Below are positions 1 through 8,719 of a DNA stretch of 64,000 bases, piece after piece (position 1 is the first letter of the stretch; every line of letters begins with the position of its first letter). The translations under genes were made by a program, and so were the position numbers. Source of the DNA: Desulfomonilia bacterium. Lineage in GTDB: Bacteria > Desulfobacterota > Desulfomonilia > UBA1062. A model generated the notes under the pieces. That model did not search any database. It worked only from the letters and a program-made list of their open reading frames with translations, and was not told where the DNA came from. The stretch covers positions 32,001 through 96,000 of the forward strand of contig CAXXDQ010000007.1 in NCBI GenBank assembly GCA_963664325.2, given 5' to 3'.

Positions 1-668
1 TCGCACACTGCCCTGTAGTCGCAGCTCTCGCACTCGAAGTCCATCTCGGCGGCCATCTTGTTCATGGCGGCTATGATTTTTTCGGCAGGTGATGTGACCT
101 CCTTGAGCCTGGCCACATCCGCCGTGCTTGAGGTGCAGTAGATTACCTCCACCGATTTTACAAAGCCCTTTGAACGGAAAAGCTCCATGAGGGCCGAACC
201 CAGAACCCTGACGGAAAAGCCGTTTTGAAGGGCCTCATTGCTGATCCGGCACCATTCCCGCATGAACTGGGAGACAGCGCGCAGCATGAAGCCCCTGAGG
301 TCGAGATCGTAGCGCAGGAAATCCATTTCCTTGTGCCTTTCATAGGCGTTGTCCTCGGTGAAGCCCTCAACTCCGGCTATAACCACCTTGCCGAAGGGCA
401 GGCTCATGCCCGGATTCTCCGGGAAATCCCGCCCGAGAAGGGTTATCATTCCGTCCGTGACCTTAGAGAGGTCGTGTGTCCACAAGAGGCACGACACGGA
501 GTCCTTTTCCGGACTGCCCAGCTCAAGCCCAGTGTCCTCTTTCAGTACTATATTGCGGCCGCCGCCACCGGGCCACACTGGGGCATGACCCTCGACCCGG
601 GAACTGCGGGGTTCTGTCCGTGAGACAAAGGTCCGCACAGCTGCGATTGTGTCGCTGAAAAGTTCCAT
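1..668 (-). CDS. CO dehydrogenase/acetyl-CoA synthase beta-subunit-like single-domain protein (runs off the left edge)
   Basis: Not in the ORF track because there is no stop in the window. Manual translation from ATG 668 is open: MELFSDTIAAV...IVLKEDTGLELGSP...VTDGMITLLGRD...SLPFGKVVIAGV...WCRISNEALQNGFS...FECESCDYRAVC. Resembles the ACS/CdhC middle domain and ends in CxxCx5C. Confidence 0.65.
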   Translation of the reverse strand, partial: MELFSDTIAAVRTFVSRTEPRSSRVEGHAPVWPGGGGRNIVLKEDTGLELGSPEKDSVSCLLWTHDLSKVTDGMITLLGRDFPENPGMSLPFGKVVIAGVEGFTEDNAYERHKEMDFLRYDLDLRGFMLRAVSQFMREWCRISNEALQNGFSVRVLGSALMELFRSKGFVKSVEVIYCTSSTADVARLKEVTSPAEKIIAAMNKMAAEMDFECESCDYRAVC

Positions 669-676
669 GATCCTTT

Positions 677-1462
677 CTATATGTTCCTGCCCGGGGATTG
701 ATGCGCCAGGAGGGCCGCACCCAGGGCACCTATGATCTGCGGGTCCGAATTGATTGGGGTGATATGCACACCGAGGGCTTCCTGCAGGGCCTGGAACATC
801 CCCCGGTTTTTCGCCACACCGCCGGTCATTGTGATCTCCCTGTCGAGCTCGACCCCGTGAGCAAGCGAGGCCACACGGTGGGCAAGGGCCCTGTGCAGAC
901 CGCTCACGATGTCCGGAAGTTCTTTGCCGGCATTGATAAGCGAGATGATCTCGGTCTCGGCGAAGACCACGCACTGGTTGGAGATGGCGATAGGATTCTG
1001 TGAACGGGATGATATCTCACCCATGTCCTCGAGCCTTATCCCCATTGCCCCGGCCATCACCTCCAGAAACCTGCCCGTGCCTGATGCGCAGCGGTCGTTG
1101 TAGGCGAAACGGACGACCCTGCCGGTCCCGTCCAGCCGGATGGCCTTGGAATCCTGGCCCCCGATATCGATCACCATGCGCACCTCGGGCATGAGCCATT
1201 GAGCCCCTTTCCCGTGGCAGGTGATCTCGGATTCGACACCGTCTGCAAAGGCGATGGAGTTCCGGCCGTAGCCGGTGCCGATGCAACAGGCGATATCGGC
1301 AAGCGACAAGCCCGCCTTTGCAAGGGTCCTCTCCATGACCTCCCGGGCCGAATCACCGGGCTCTGGCCTTGAGAATATTACCTCTGAAGCGAGGATGTCA
1401 CCGTCCTGCATGATGACCGCCTTGGCGCTTAAAGAGCCGACATCACAGCCCGCTACGAACAT
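677..1462 (-). CDS. ASKHA ATPase electron activator (HgdC/BcrAD/BadFG/BzdPQ family), copy 2
   Basis: GCDVGS, TGYGR, EITCHGKGA, IDIGGQD, NDRCASGTG, CVVFAE and TGGVAKN motifs. Confidence 0.93.
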   Translation of the reverse strand: MFVAGCDVGSLSAKAVIMQDGDILASEVIFSRPEPGDSAREVMERTLAKAGLSLADIACCIGTGYGRNSIAFADGVESEITCHGKGAQWLMPEVRMVIDIGGQDSKAIRLDGTGRVVRFAYNDRCASGTGRFLEVMAGAMGIRLEDMGEISSRSQNPIAISNQCVVFAETEIISLINAGKELPDIVSGLHRALAHRVASLAHGVELDREITMTGGVAKNRGMFQALQEALGVHITPINSDPQIIGALGAALLAHQSPGRNI

Positions 1463-2244
1463 CCTTTTCCTCCCATCTTCTCTTTGGCGAATACTGCGGC
1501 CCCGAGCGCCCCTATGACCTGGGGGTCCACCCTGAGCCTGCGTATGGACACGTTCAGCTGCTTCTCCAGCGCATTAAGGACCCCGATGTTCTTGGCCACG
1601 CCGCCCGTCATGCAGACATCCTTCTCGATCCCTACGGACTTGGCCAGGATTGCAACCCTGGCCGCCATGGCGTCATTTATGCCGGCCGCCAGGTCGGCCC
1701 TGGGGGTGTTGGTATTGAGATGCATGATTACCTCGGCCTGGGCCCAGGCCGTGCAGGTGGCGGCAAGCGTGACTGGATTCCTTGCCTGGGCCGAGAAATC
1801 ACCCAGCTCCTTGAGACCGAGGCCCAGGAGTTTGGCCATGACCTCGAGGAAGCGGCCCGTGCCCGAGGCGCACTTGTCGTTGGTAAAGAACCTGACGACA
1901 TTGCCTCCTGCATCGAGGCGGGTAGCCTTGCAGTCCTGGCCGCCTATGTCTATGACCGTCCGTATGGATGGCAGCAGCCAATGCGCCCCTTTGGCGTGGC
2001 AGGCAATCTCGGAAAGGGATTTATGCACGAACGGGATGCGCTCCCGGCCGTAACCCGTACCCACGCAGAACCCGATGTCCTGCATTCTCAATCCTGCCGC
2101 GCTCAGGGACATTTCCATCACTTCCGAGGCGGATCTGGCCGGGTCGAATGTTGAAGGAATAAGGGCCTGGCCGATTATGCGCGTGTCGTTCAATATGACC
2201 ACCTTGGTGGTAAGCGAGCCTACATCACACCCTGCGGCGATCAC
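1453..2244 (-). CDS. ASKHA ATPase electron activator (HgdC/BcrAD/BadFG/BzdPQ family), copy 1
   Basis: GCDVGS, TGYGR, IDIGGQD, NDKCASGTG, CTAWAQ and TGGVAKN motifs; overlaps both neighbours. Confidence 0.93.
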   Translation of the reverse strand: MIAAGCDVGSLTTKVVILNDTRIIGQALIPSTFDPARSASEVMEMSLSAAGLRMQDIGFCVGTGYGRERIPFVHKSLSEIACHAKGAHWLLPSIRTVIDIGGQDCKATRLDAGGNVVRFFTNDKCASGTGRFLEVMAKLLGLGLKELGDFSAQARNPVTLAATCTAWAQAEVIMHLNTNTPRADLAAGINDAMAARVAILAKSVGIEKDVCMTGGVAKNIGVLNALEKQLNVSIRRLRVDPQVIGALGAAVFAKEKMGGKGCS

Positions 2245-3647
2245 TGCTGAATCCCCCGGACATGCATGAACTCGCTGATTTTGTCGATGCAGTGCTCCCA
2301 GGACGCGACGCGGTCATCAAAGGCGTCTGCGAAGAGCAGCATGGTCGGAAGGCCCTCATGCTCGCAGTCCCGCTGGAGCAGTTTGTTGACTCCCCAGCTG
2401 TTGCGGCACCCCATGCTCCCGATATAGACCATGAAGTCAGGCTTCATGATTCTGGCCATGAATAGTAGGTCGTCCCTCCACATGCCCGGGGCGTCGTACG
2501 GTCCCCTGAGCTGTTTGACCATGGGCATGCGTGAGTTGATGTCGGCCATCGAATCGATCATGGTGTTAAGATCCGTCGTGTCGATGTGGTAGGTCTCTTC
2601 CCGGCGGCCTTCTGCATAGTTGATCCCGTCGTGCCAGAAGCTGAATATGAGAGTGGGCATGAGGCTGATATCCTGCGAGTCGATCCAGGCCCAGAACCTT
2701 GCATCCGTGGTATAATGGTCGATGTAGCACATGAGAAGCCTGGCTCGCTCCTTTTTCGATGATGTGCCGGCATAACCCATTTCAGCGTTCTTTCTCACGT
2801 CCCTGAGCATGGATTCGAGTACGGCGGTGTATGATTTGCGGCCCGGCATCGAGAGCCTTCCGGCATAGATGAACAGGTTATAGATGGGCGGCATGGGGCA
2901 GGGCTTGAGCCTTATGAGATCGAATAATTCGATGGTGATCTCGTCCTGCCGCTTCTGTTCTTCGAGAAGTTCTCTCAACCTGTGCTCATTCAGGCGGGAG
3001 CCCGACTGCTCTTCGATAAACGCGATGAGGGCCTTGTAGTCCTTCCGGTGATAGTCGTCGATCCGCTCTCCCGTCAGCCTTGAGGGAAAGTTAAGCTGGA
3101 ACATGGGCAGGTCGAGGTATGAGGAGAGGAACTGGACCGCATTCGCATTGGTGTCGCAGATGCCGGGCGCTCCGCAGATGATGAAATCGGGTTTTTCCGC
3201 AAGGCCCGCCAGATAGGCCCCGAAAGACCCTCTCTGCGCCGAGCAGGAGGTCTCGGTGAACCCCACCTCACAGCAGTAGTCCATGTATTCGGCCGTGCCT
3301 TTACGCAGTGCCAGTGTTCCGAACACGGTCATGATCTCGGCCCATGCGGGGACTACATTGTCAAAGGCGAAGAACAGGTGCTTTGCCGAGACAAAGGTGC
3401 CCAGGCAAAGCTTTTTGCCCTGTTCATGGGCCGTCATGACGTCGGTGAGATACTCCGCCGCCATTTTCATGAAGAGTTTGCTGGTCTCGCCGTGTCGCAG
3501 CAATGTGTCCAGGACGCTGCGGAAGTTCGGTATGACCCGTTTCAGGGATTCATATTCCTTGTCCGTCCCGTCACGGGAGGCTGAAGCGGCACTGATTATA
3601 CTCCACAGCACCCAGTCGTAGTTATATTCACGGGTTTCCTTTTTCAT
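2241..3647 (-). CDS. 2-hydroxyacyl-CoA dehydratase/aryl-CoA reductase subunit (HgdA/BcrB/BzdO-like)
   Basis: 468 aa; Fe-S Cys pattern ETSCS...ICD...GCR; C-terminal ADAFDDR; operon context. Confidence 0.85.
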   Translation of the reverse strand: MKKETREYNYDWVLWSIISAASASRDGTDKEYESLKRVIPNFRSVLDTLLRHGETSKLFMKMAAEYLTDVMTAHEQGKKLCLGTFVSAKHLFFAFDNVVPAWAEIMTVFGTLALRKGTAEYMDYCCEVGFTETSCSAQRGSFGAYLAGLAEKPDFIICGAPGICDTNANAVQFLSSYLDLPMFQLNFPSRLTGERIDDYHRKDYKALIAFIEEQSGSRLNEHRLRELLEEQKRQDEITIELFDLIRLKPCPMPPIYNLFIYAGRLSMPGRKSYTAVLESMLRDVRKNAEMGYAGTSSKKERARLLMCYIDHYTTDARFWAWIDSQDISLMPTLIFSFWHDGINYAEGRREETYHIDTTDLNTMIDSMADINSRMPMVKQLRGPYDAPGMWRDDLLFMARIMKPDFMVYIGSMGCRNSWGVNKLLQRDCEHEGLPTMLLFADAFDDRVASWEHCIDKISEFMHVRGIQQ

Positions 3648-3660
3648 ATTCCCATTCCTT

Positions 3661-3909
3661 TCATACTGATGCCATGCTCAGGACGGCCCCGGATTTTATC
3701 CGCTCTATGTAGAGTTTCGAGCGCTCCTTGAGGATGTTAAGGTCCGTCCTGCGGGCGATGTATTCCAGGGACTCCAGGGCCGAGGCCTGGAAAAGGGTCA
3801 GCGCATCGATTGCGCGCTGGCGTTCGGCCACCATCCTGCCGTCATCCATGGCTATGTCACGCAAAACTTCCCGTGCTATCAATTCCCTGTCGTACTGGCA
3901 CATGCTCAT
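3661..3909 (-). CDS. small helical hypothetical protein
   Basis: 82-aa ORF that fills the gap between the two HgdAB-like genes; AGGAGG RBS upstream. Confidence 0.7.
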   Translation of the reverse strand: MSMCQYDRELIAREVLRDIAMDDGRMVAERQRAIDALTLFQASALESLEYIARRTDLNILKERSKLYIERIKSGAVLSMASV

Positions 3910-3914
3910 CCTCC

Positions 3915-5048
3915 TTAAGAAATTCGTTCCATGAAAGCATCCACGCGCATTCTGATACGGCCCGTTTCCACCAGAGGGCCGTATTCACGCTCAAGCCTCA
4001 TGCAGGGGATGCCGTCCGCCTCGAAATCTCTCTCCAGTACTCCGTTCTCCGAACCGTGAAGATCGCAGAACCTTACATTCTGGAGGATCAGACCGTCTAC
4101 ATGGGCTTTTTTGACGATGTCACCGATAAAGGCGCGCCGGTTCTTGTAGTATCCGAGCATCCGCGGGCAGATGCTGTTGTTAAGGTAGTGAGAGGCCAGC
4201 GCGTGGACCGGTTCGCCGGTCTCTTCCACGAGCGTTGCATTCAGGCGCGACCCGAAGCATACGGTATCGGCCACCACGATGGCCCCGGCCTCCTCTATCA
4301 CCCTTATGAAATCCAGATCGTCGCTGGCACTGCCTACAAGCATGATGCGTTTCTTTGAGTCCGCTATTGATCGCGCCTTTTCCAATCCGGAAATAATGGT
4401 TTTGAGCATGCGGTTGAAATCCTCACGCGGCATGGCATGACCGGCAATGATTATGGAAAGGGCATCCTCTCCGGTGATGGGCACTTCGAGACGGTATCTG
4501 AGCTCGTCGAGTTTCTTGAGGAGTTTTCTTCCCGTATTGAAGAGTCTGATGGATTTCCTGATGGCGTCGCTCCCGATATTTACCTTGAAATGCCTCTCGA
4601 GTGTGGCGATCATATCTCCGAGTTCGTCCGTATAGAAATCGATGCTGTAGTCAACGGCTTTGTGCGGTACGGAAAAGAATTCGTAGTATTCCGGCAGGGT
4701 GCCGGGGTAGTCGGCTCCCGCCTTTCTCCAGCATTCTTCAAGCCGCCGCATGGAGTCACAGCCGTTGGATATGATGGCGCCGTCCAGGAAATTGTACGCC
4801 CCCTCGCCGGCGAGTTGCAGCATGCATTTGGGGAAGCTGCAGTTCACAGGCCCGAAATATGAATCCCCTATGGACAGAGAAGAGGTTCCTATGCCACGGA
4901 TACGGTAAGGCAACAGACCAGCAGCATGCAGGATTTCCTCCGGTATGAAGCTGCATGTATATCCCACGACCTTCCTGCCTGCATCTTTCCATGACCTTAT
5001 GAATTCGTTATCAAGGGACAGCGCCGCTTCTTTGAGTTTTCCGATCAT
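3915..5048 (-). CDS. 2-hydroxyacyl-CoA dehydratase/aryl-CoA reductase subunit (HgdB/BcrC/BzdN-like)
   Basis: KVVGYTCSFIPEEILHAAG, CSFPK, NGCDSMRR, FCDLH and RVDAFME motifs. Confidence 0.9.
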   Translation of the reverse strand: MIGKLKEAALSLDNEFIRSWKDAGRKVVGYTCSFIPEEILHAAGLLPYRIRGIGTSSLSIGDSYFGPVNCSFPKCMLQLAGEGAYNFLDGAIISNGCDSMRRLEECWRKAGADYPGTLPEYYEFFSVPHKAVDYSIDFYTDELGDMIATLERHFKVNIGSDAIRKSIRLFNTGRKLLKKLDELRYRLEVPITGEDALSIIIAGHAMPREDFNRMLKTIISGLEKARSIADSKKRIMLVGSASDDLDFIRVIEEAGAIVVADTVCFGSRLNATLVEETGEPVHALASHYLNNSICPRMLGYYKNRRAFIGDIVKKAHVDGLILQNVRFCDLHGSENGVLERDFEADGIPCMRLEREYGPLVETGRIRMRVDAFMERIS

Positions 5049-6343
5049 AGTTCTTCTCCTGACGAGCGGGCCAGGGCTGCACGAAGAGTTTGCAGGGCCT
5101 CGCCCTGTTCGGGGCTGGTGACACCCGCGTCAGGGCTGATCATCTCGGACAGCCCGCGGATCAGTACCGGCATGATGGCCGGGGCCAGAGGTTTGACGGC
5201 CTGCACCAGGTCGGGAACCATCCATTTCAGGGTTTTTCCGACCTCGTCGGTACTCAGTGAATCCACTACTCCTCCGGCCATGTTGCTCAGGATATCCGGG
5301 CGGGCCTCATGAATCAGGTTGAGGACCCGGCATGCGCTGTTTACAAACTCGGCGACCTCGAACGTATCGAGGTCCGATATGCTCTCGGATACTGCGGAAT
5401 TGAAACCGGCCTGATCGATTTTCTCATATACCCTCAGCCTGCGGGAGCCTGCTTTTAGAGCGGAGGTCTGCACCGAACCTATCGAGGCCAGGCGGGATAA
5501 CGCGAGGCCGGGGTTGTCGGCGAGAGTATCGGAGAAGGCATTACTGATGCTCAACCTGTCTTCCGAGAATATGACGAGCATCTTTTTCACCAGCTCGGGA
5601 TCAATCATGGAAGCGCACTCCCGGAGCAGTTCCGTGAGATAGCTCTGCATGAGTGGCTTGCCGCCCCTGCCGAGGAGGATGCTCCCGGTGTGGAGCCTGC
5701 GTATGAGCTCGCAGGAAGTGCTGATGAGTCTGGCTGTCTCCTTGCCGTTAAGGCCCTTGATAAGCGAAAGCGACATGTCCGCCAGAAGCTCCGGCCCGAT
5801 CGCCCGTTCGATGGGCAGCAGGAACTCGCGTGAGCCTTTTACCGCCGTGTTCATAAGCGCAATGGCTGTTCCCACCAGCGCCCCGATCTTGGCCGGATAT
5901 TTCCAGAGTTCCTTGTTGAAGTTCTCAAGCGCTTTAATTATGTACGGGTCAGATTTTTCCACCATCTCCGAGATTTCGCCCAAATCCAGGTTCTGCAGGA
6001 AGGCCCTTATGGATGCGCCGCTGTCGGGTCCTTTGCCTGGATCGCCCTTGGCATGCGACTCGTTGATGATAACGGCCATTTTTGTGACGAGCCTGGCTAG
6101 ATCGGCCGATATGTCAGCTGGGGGAACGGGCTTTTTGTCCATGTTCTTACGCAATAAGTTCGTAAGAAGCCGCTTGAAGGGGGAAGTCACCTTCTGCTTT
6201 AACGAGCTCGCTCCGGACCAGAAGCCGAGTATGTTTTCAGCCGCAGCCGTAAAGAGCCGGATGGTGCATCTGGCCTGTATGAGCGCGCCCGCAAGACGGC
6301 TGATGATTTCGCTGAGCTGCTCTTGATTATTGCCGATACTCAT
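5045..6343 (-). CDS. all-helical hypothetical protein, related to the two upstream small helical proteins
   Basis: 432-aa ORF, AGGAGG RBS, stop overlaps the next start; amphipathic helical repeats. Confidence 0.75.
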   Translation of the reverse strand: MSIGNNQEQLSEIISRLAGALIQARCTIRLFTAAAENILGFWSGASSLKQKVTSPFKRLLTNLLRKNMDKKPVPPADISADLARLVTKMAVIINESHAKGDPGKGPDSGASIRAFLQNLDLGEISEMVEKSDPYIIKALENFNKELWKYPAKIGALVGTAIALMNTAVKGSREFLLPIERAIGPELLADMSLSLIKGLNGKETARLISTSCELIRRLHTGSILLGRGGKPLMQSYLTELLRECASMIDPELVKKMLVIFSEDRLSISNAFSDTLADNPGLALSRLASIGSVQTSALKAGSRRLRVYEKIDQAGFNSAVSESISDLDTFEVAEFVNSACRVLNLIHEARPDILSNMAGGVVDSLSTDEVGKTLKWMVPDLVQAVKPLAPAIMPVLIRGLSEMISPDAGVTSPEQGEALQTLRAALARSSGEEL

Positions 6344-6392
6344 TCCTGGAAGACCTCCTTTTCTTTCCTGATTCCATTATTCGGATCATTCT

Positions 6393-7010
6393 TCATAAGC
6401 CCAGGCCCTTCAGACGCTTTGCCACCCTACGTTTGAAGAGAGTGCAGGACCAGGCGACAAGGCCCGGCTGCCGGTCAAGGAAAACTTCCGCCAGGTTGAG
6501 CGTGGCCTCGTTTAGGGCATGCCTGTCTAAATCTTCAATCACCGCTGCGGTGAAGTCTCTTATAAGAGCGGGGTCCTGCCTGCATATGTCATTGACTTTG
6601 GTCGTGGCGGCGTTTATCCCCCCGGCGATAACCCCGGGCCCCTTTTCGATAAAGGAGGCCTTCAATTCAGGGGAGGCTTGGATCATATTGCTTATGAGGA
6701 TGGACACGGCGCGGGCGCTGTCTTTCAGTCCCGCCGGGTCAATATCTTTTATGATGCTGGAGATGAAACCTTTTGCGAGTTCAGGCCTGACCTTTTCATT
6801 GATCTCCCCGGCCAGTGTGCCGAGCGCCGCGGCCAGGGAATTGATGCAGGAGGGCAGGGACCCCAGGATGCCGAATACGACCTCGATGTCCTGCCATAAG
6901 ATGGATCTGACAAGGGAACGGGCCGTTTCGGGTGTTATCTCTTTCAGGTGCGTCCTCAGCATGCCCTTGACCAAAGGCTTTTTTATCAATTCCATTATCA
7001 GTCCGCTCAT
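6393..7010 (-). CDS. helical hypothetical protein (LWQDIE-motif paralog B)
   Basis: Start placed at the ATG overlapping the upstream stop (MSGLIMELIKK; ORF track begins at 7043); clear similarity to 7007-7417. Confidence 0.75.
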   Translation of the reverse strand: MSGLIMELIKKPLVKGMLRTHLKEITPETARSLVRSILWQDIEVVFGILGSLPSCINSLAAALGTLAGEINEKVRPELAKGFISSIIKDIDPAGLKDSARAVSILISNMIQASPELKASFIEKGPGVIAGGINAATTKVNDICRQDPALIRDFTAAVIEDLDRHALNEATLNLAEVFLDRQPGLVAWSCTLFKRRVAKRLKGLGL

Positions 7011-7417
7011 GGCCGGTCTCCTTCCCCCGCTGCCTCTTGCCATGCCTTTTTGAAGAGAGGGCCCAGGGCCTCGATAACGGGACGGGCGTTCTTAATAGCC
7101 CGGCCCAGGGATTCGGTGTCGATGTCTTTGAGCAGGGAATCCATAAAGCCCTTGAGCAGCTCTATGGAGAACTTCTCGTTTACCTGGATTAACAGTTCGT
7201 CGGCGGCCCTGATTATTGTATTGGCTATAACCGGCATTCCGCCCAGAAGCCCCAGGCTGAACTCTATATCCTGCCAGAGAAAAGTCTTTACCAGTTCGCG
7301 CCCGGCCTGGGGATCGATGTTCCTGAGGGCCTCCCGAACATCATCCTTTAATCCCGGTTTCTTTAATATCTCTGAAAAGATGCTGCCAGCCTCAACCCGG
7401 CTTTGCTCTTCATGCAT
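7007..7417 (-). CDS. helical hypothetical protein (LWQDIE-motif paralog A)
   Basis: GGAGG RBS before MHEEQ (ORF track begins at 7429); paralog of the downstream gene. Confidence 0.75.
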   Translation of the reverse strand: MHEEQSRVEAGSIFSEILKKPGLKDDVREALRNIDPQAGRELVKTFLWQDIEFSLGLLGGMPVIANTIIRAADELLIQVNEKFSIELLKGFMDSLLKDIDTESLGRAIKNARPVIEALGPLFKKAWQEAAGEGDRP

Positions 7418-7442
7418 AACTACCTCCACTCATCCTTCATGG

Positions 7443-8717
7443 TCACAAGCTCGTGCAGTTGAAATAATAGCGCGCCGCTTCCATCTGGCAGAGCTGTTTG
7501 CCGCCCATCCAGAGCTGGATGATCTTGATGTCGCGCCAGTGCTTCTCTATATCCCAGTCGCGGTCGGCGCCGTATGCGCCCAGCACGTCCATGGCGCGGC
7601 CGAAGTTTTCGACCGCCCTGTCCGAGACGAAGTCCTTGATGTTTCGGATCTTGGCGATAAGCTCTTCGGAATATAGCGGAAGGCCGTAGGACTTGTTGCG
7701 CCGGTCGCCGATGCAGGCGGCCTCATAGCCGACGATGCGGCAGATGTCGATGTCACCGGCGATACGGCCGATGACCCCGGCCACGGCGTCGTTCTCCTTG
7801 AGTGGACGGCCGTTGTAGGTGTGCGTGGAAACGAACTCGTAGAGGCGCTCGTAGAGGTTGAGCATGGCGCCGGTCAGGAACCCTATGCTGGCCACCTGGC
7901 CCCAGGGGATGATCTCGGCAAAGGTTTGCGCGTCCAGACCCGGGCCGTGGGCCCTGTAACGAGCCGGGACGCGGACATTGTCAAACCAGATGTCGCTGTT
8001 CTTGTCCGCGGCCATGCCCGCCTTTTCGTATGGGTTGCTTTCGCTGACGCCGGGAAGGTCTGTGGGCACGAAGATGATGGCAAAGTCGTTGATGTCGCTT
8101 GAACCCGGATTGGTAGTGCAGGGAACGCCGAAGAGTTTGGAGACTCCGCCTGAGTTCGTGGGCCAGAGCTTATGGCCGTTGATCACCCATTCGTCCCCCT
8201 CGAGGCGCGCCGTGGTGCGCAGGGTCCTGCCCCGCAGGAGTCCCATGTTTTCAATGTCTGCCCCGCCTTGCGGCTCGGTCATGGTGAGGGCCGAAAAGAC
8301 AGGGTGCCTGGCATTCACATAAAGCGGGGCGAATTCCCGCGCAAGCTGCCAGTTGACATGAGGCTCAACCAGAATGGTGGTCAGGGGCCAGAGTGTCACA
8401 AGAAAGGCCACTGCAATGGACGTGTCCCCGCGGCCGACCTCTTCGCTCATGGAATACACGATCCGGAATACATAGTCCGAATGGCCGAGCCCCCAGCCGC
8501 CCAACTCTTCAGGGAAGAGGGCCTTCTGAAGACCCAGGTCGACCATGAGCTTCTGGAATGCAGGCTCGATGATCTTGTGATCTTTCCAGTCTTCGTCGTA
8601 CCGGCGCCTGAAAGGTATGCAGTCTTTATCCGCCCAGTTGCGGATTACCTTGCGTATATGCTTCTCCATTGGAGATACATGTTCCAGAGAGACCGAAAAT
8701 TCATCAAAGTGTCGCAT
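7443..8717 (-). CDS. acyl-CoA dehydrogenase family protein
   Basis: TMTEPQGGAD, WVINGHKLW, FDNVRVP and EKHWRDIK motifs. Confidence 0.9.
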   Translation of the reverse strand: MRHFDEFSVSLEHVSPMEKHIRKVIRNWADKDCIPFRRRYDEDWKDHKIIEPAFQKLMVDLGLQKALFPEELGGWGLGHSDYVFRIVYSMSEEVGRGDTSIAVAFLVTLWPLTTILVEPHVNWQLAREFAPLYVNARHPVFSALTMTEPQGGADIENMGLLRGRTLRTTARLEGDEWVINGHKLWPTNSGGVSKLFGVPCTTNPGSSDINDFAIIFVPTDLPGVSESNPYEKAGMAADKNSDIWFDNVRVPARYRAHGPGLDAQTFAEIIPWGQVASIGFLTGAMLNLYERLYEFVSTHTYNGRPLKENDAVAGVIGRIAGDIDICRIVGYEAACIGDRRNKSYGLPLYSEELIAKIRNIKDFVSDRAVENFGRAMDVLGAYGADRDWDIEKHWRDIKIIQLWMGGKQLCQMEAARYYFNCTSL

Positions 8718-8719
8718 TC

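Noticed and set aside
225-623. Plus-strand ORFs at 225-623, 349-588 and 476-658
   Set aside because: Antisense shadows of the real minus-strand gene at <1-668.
677-5048. Assigning bcr/bzd/hgd gene symbols
   Set aside because: The family is clear but substrate and orthology are not; ring-cleavage genes are absent from the window.
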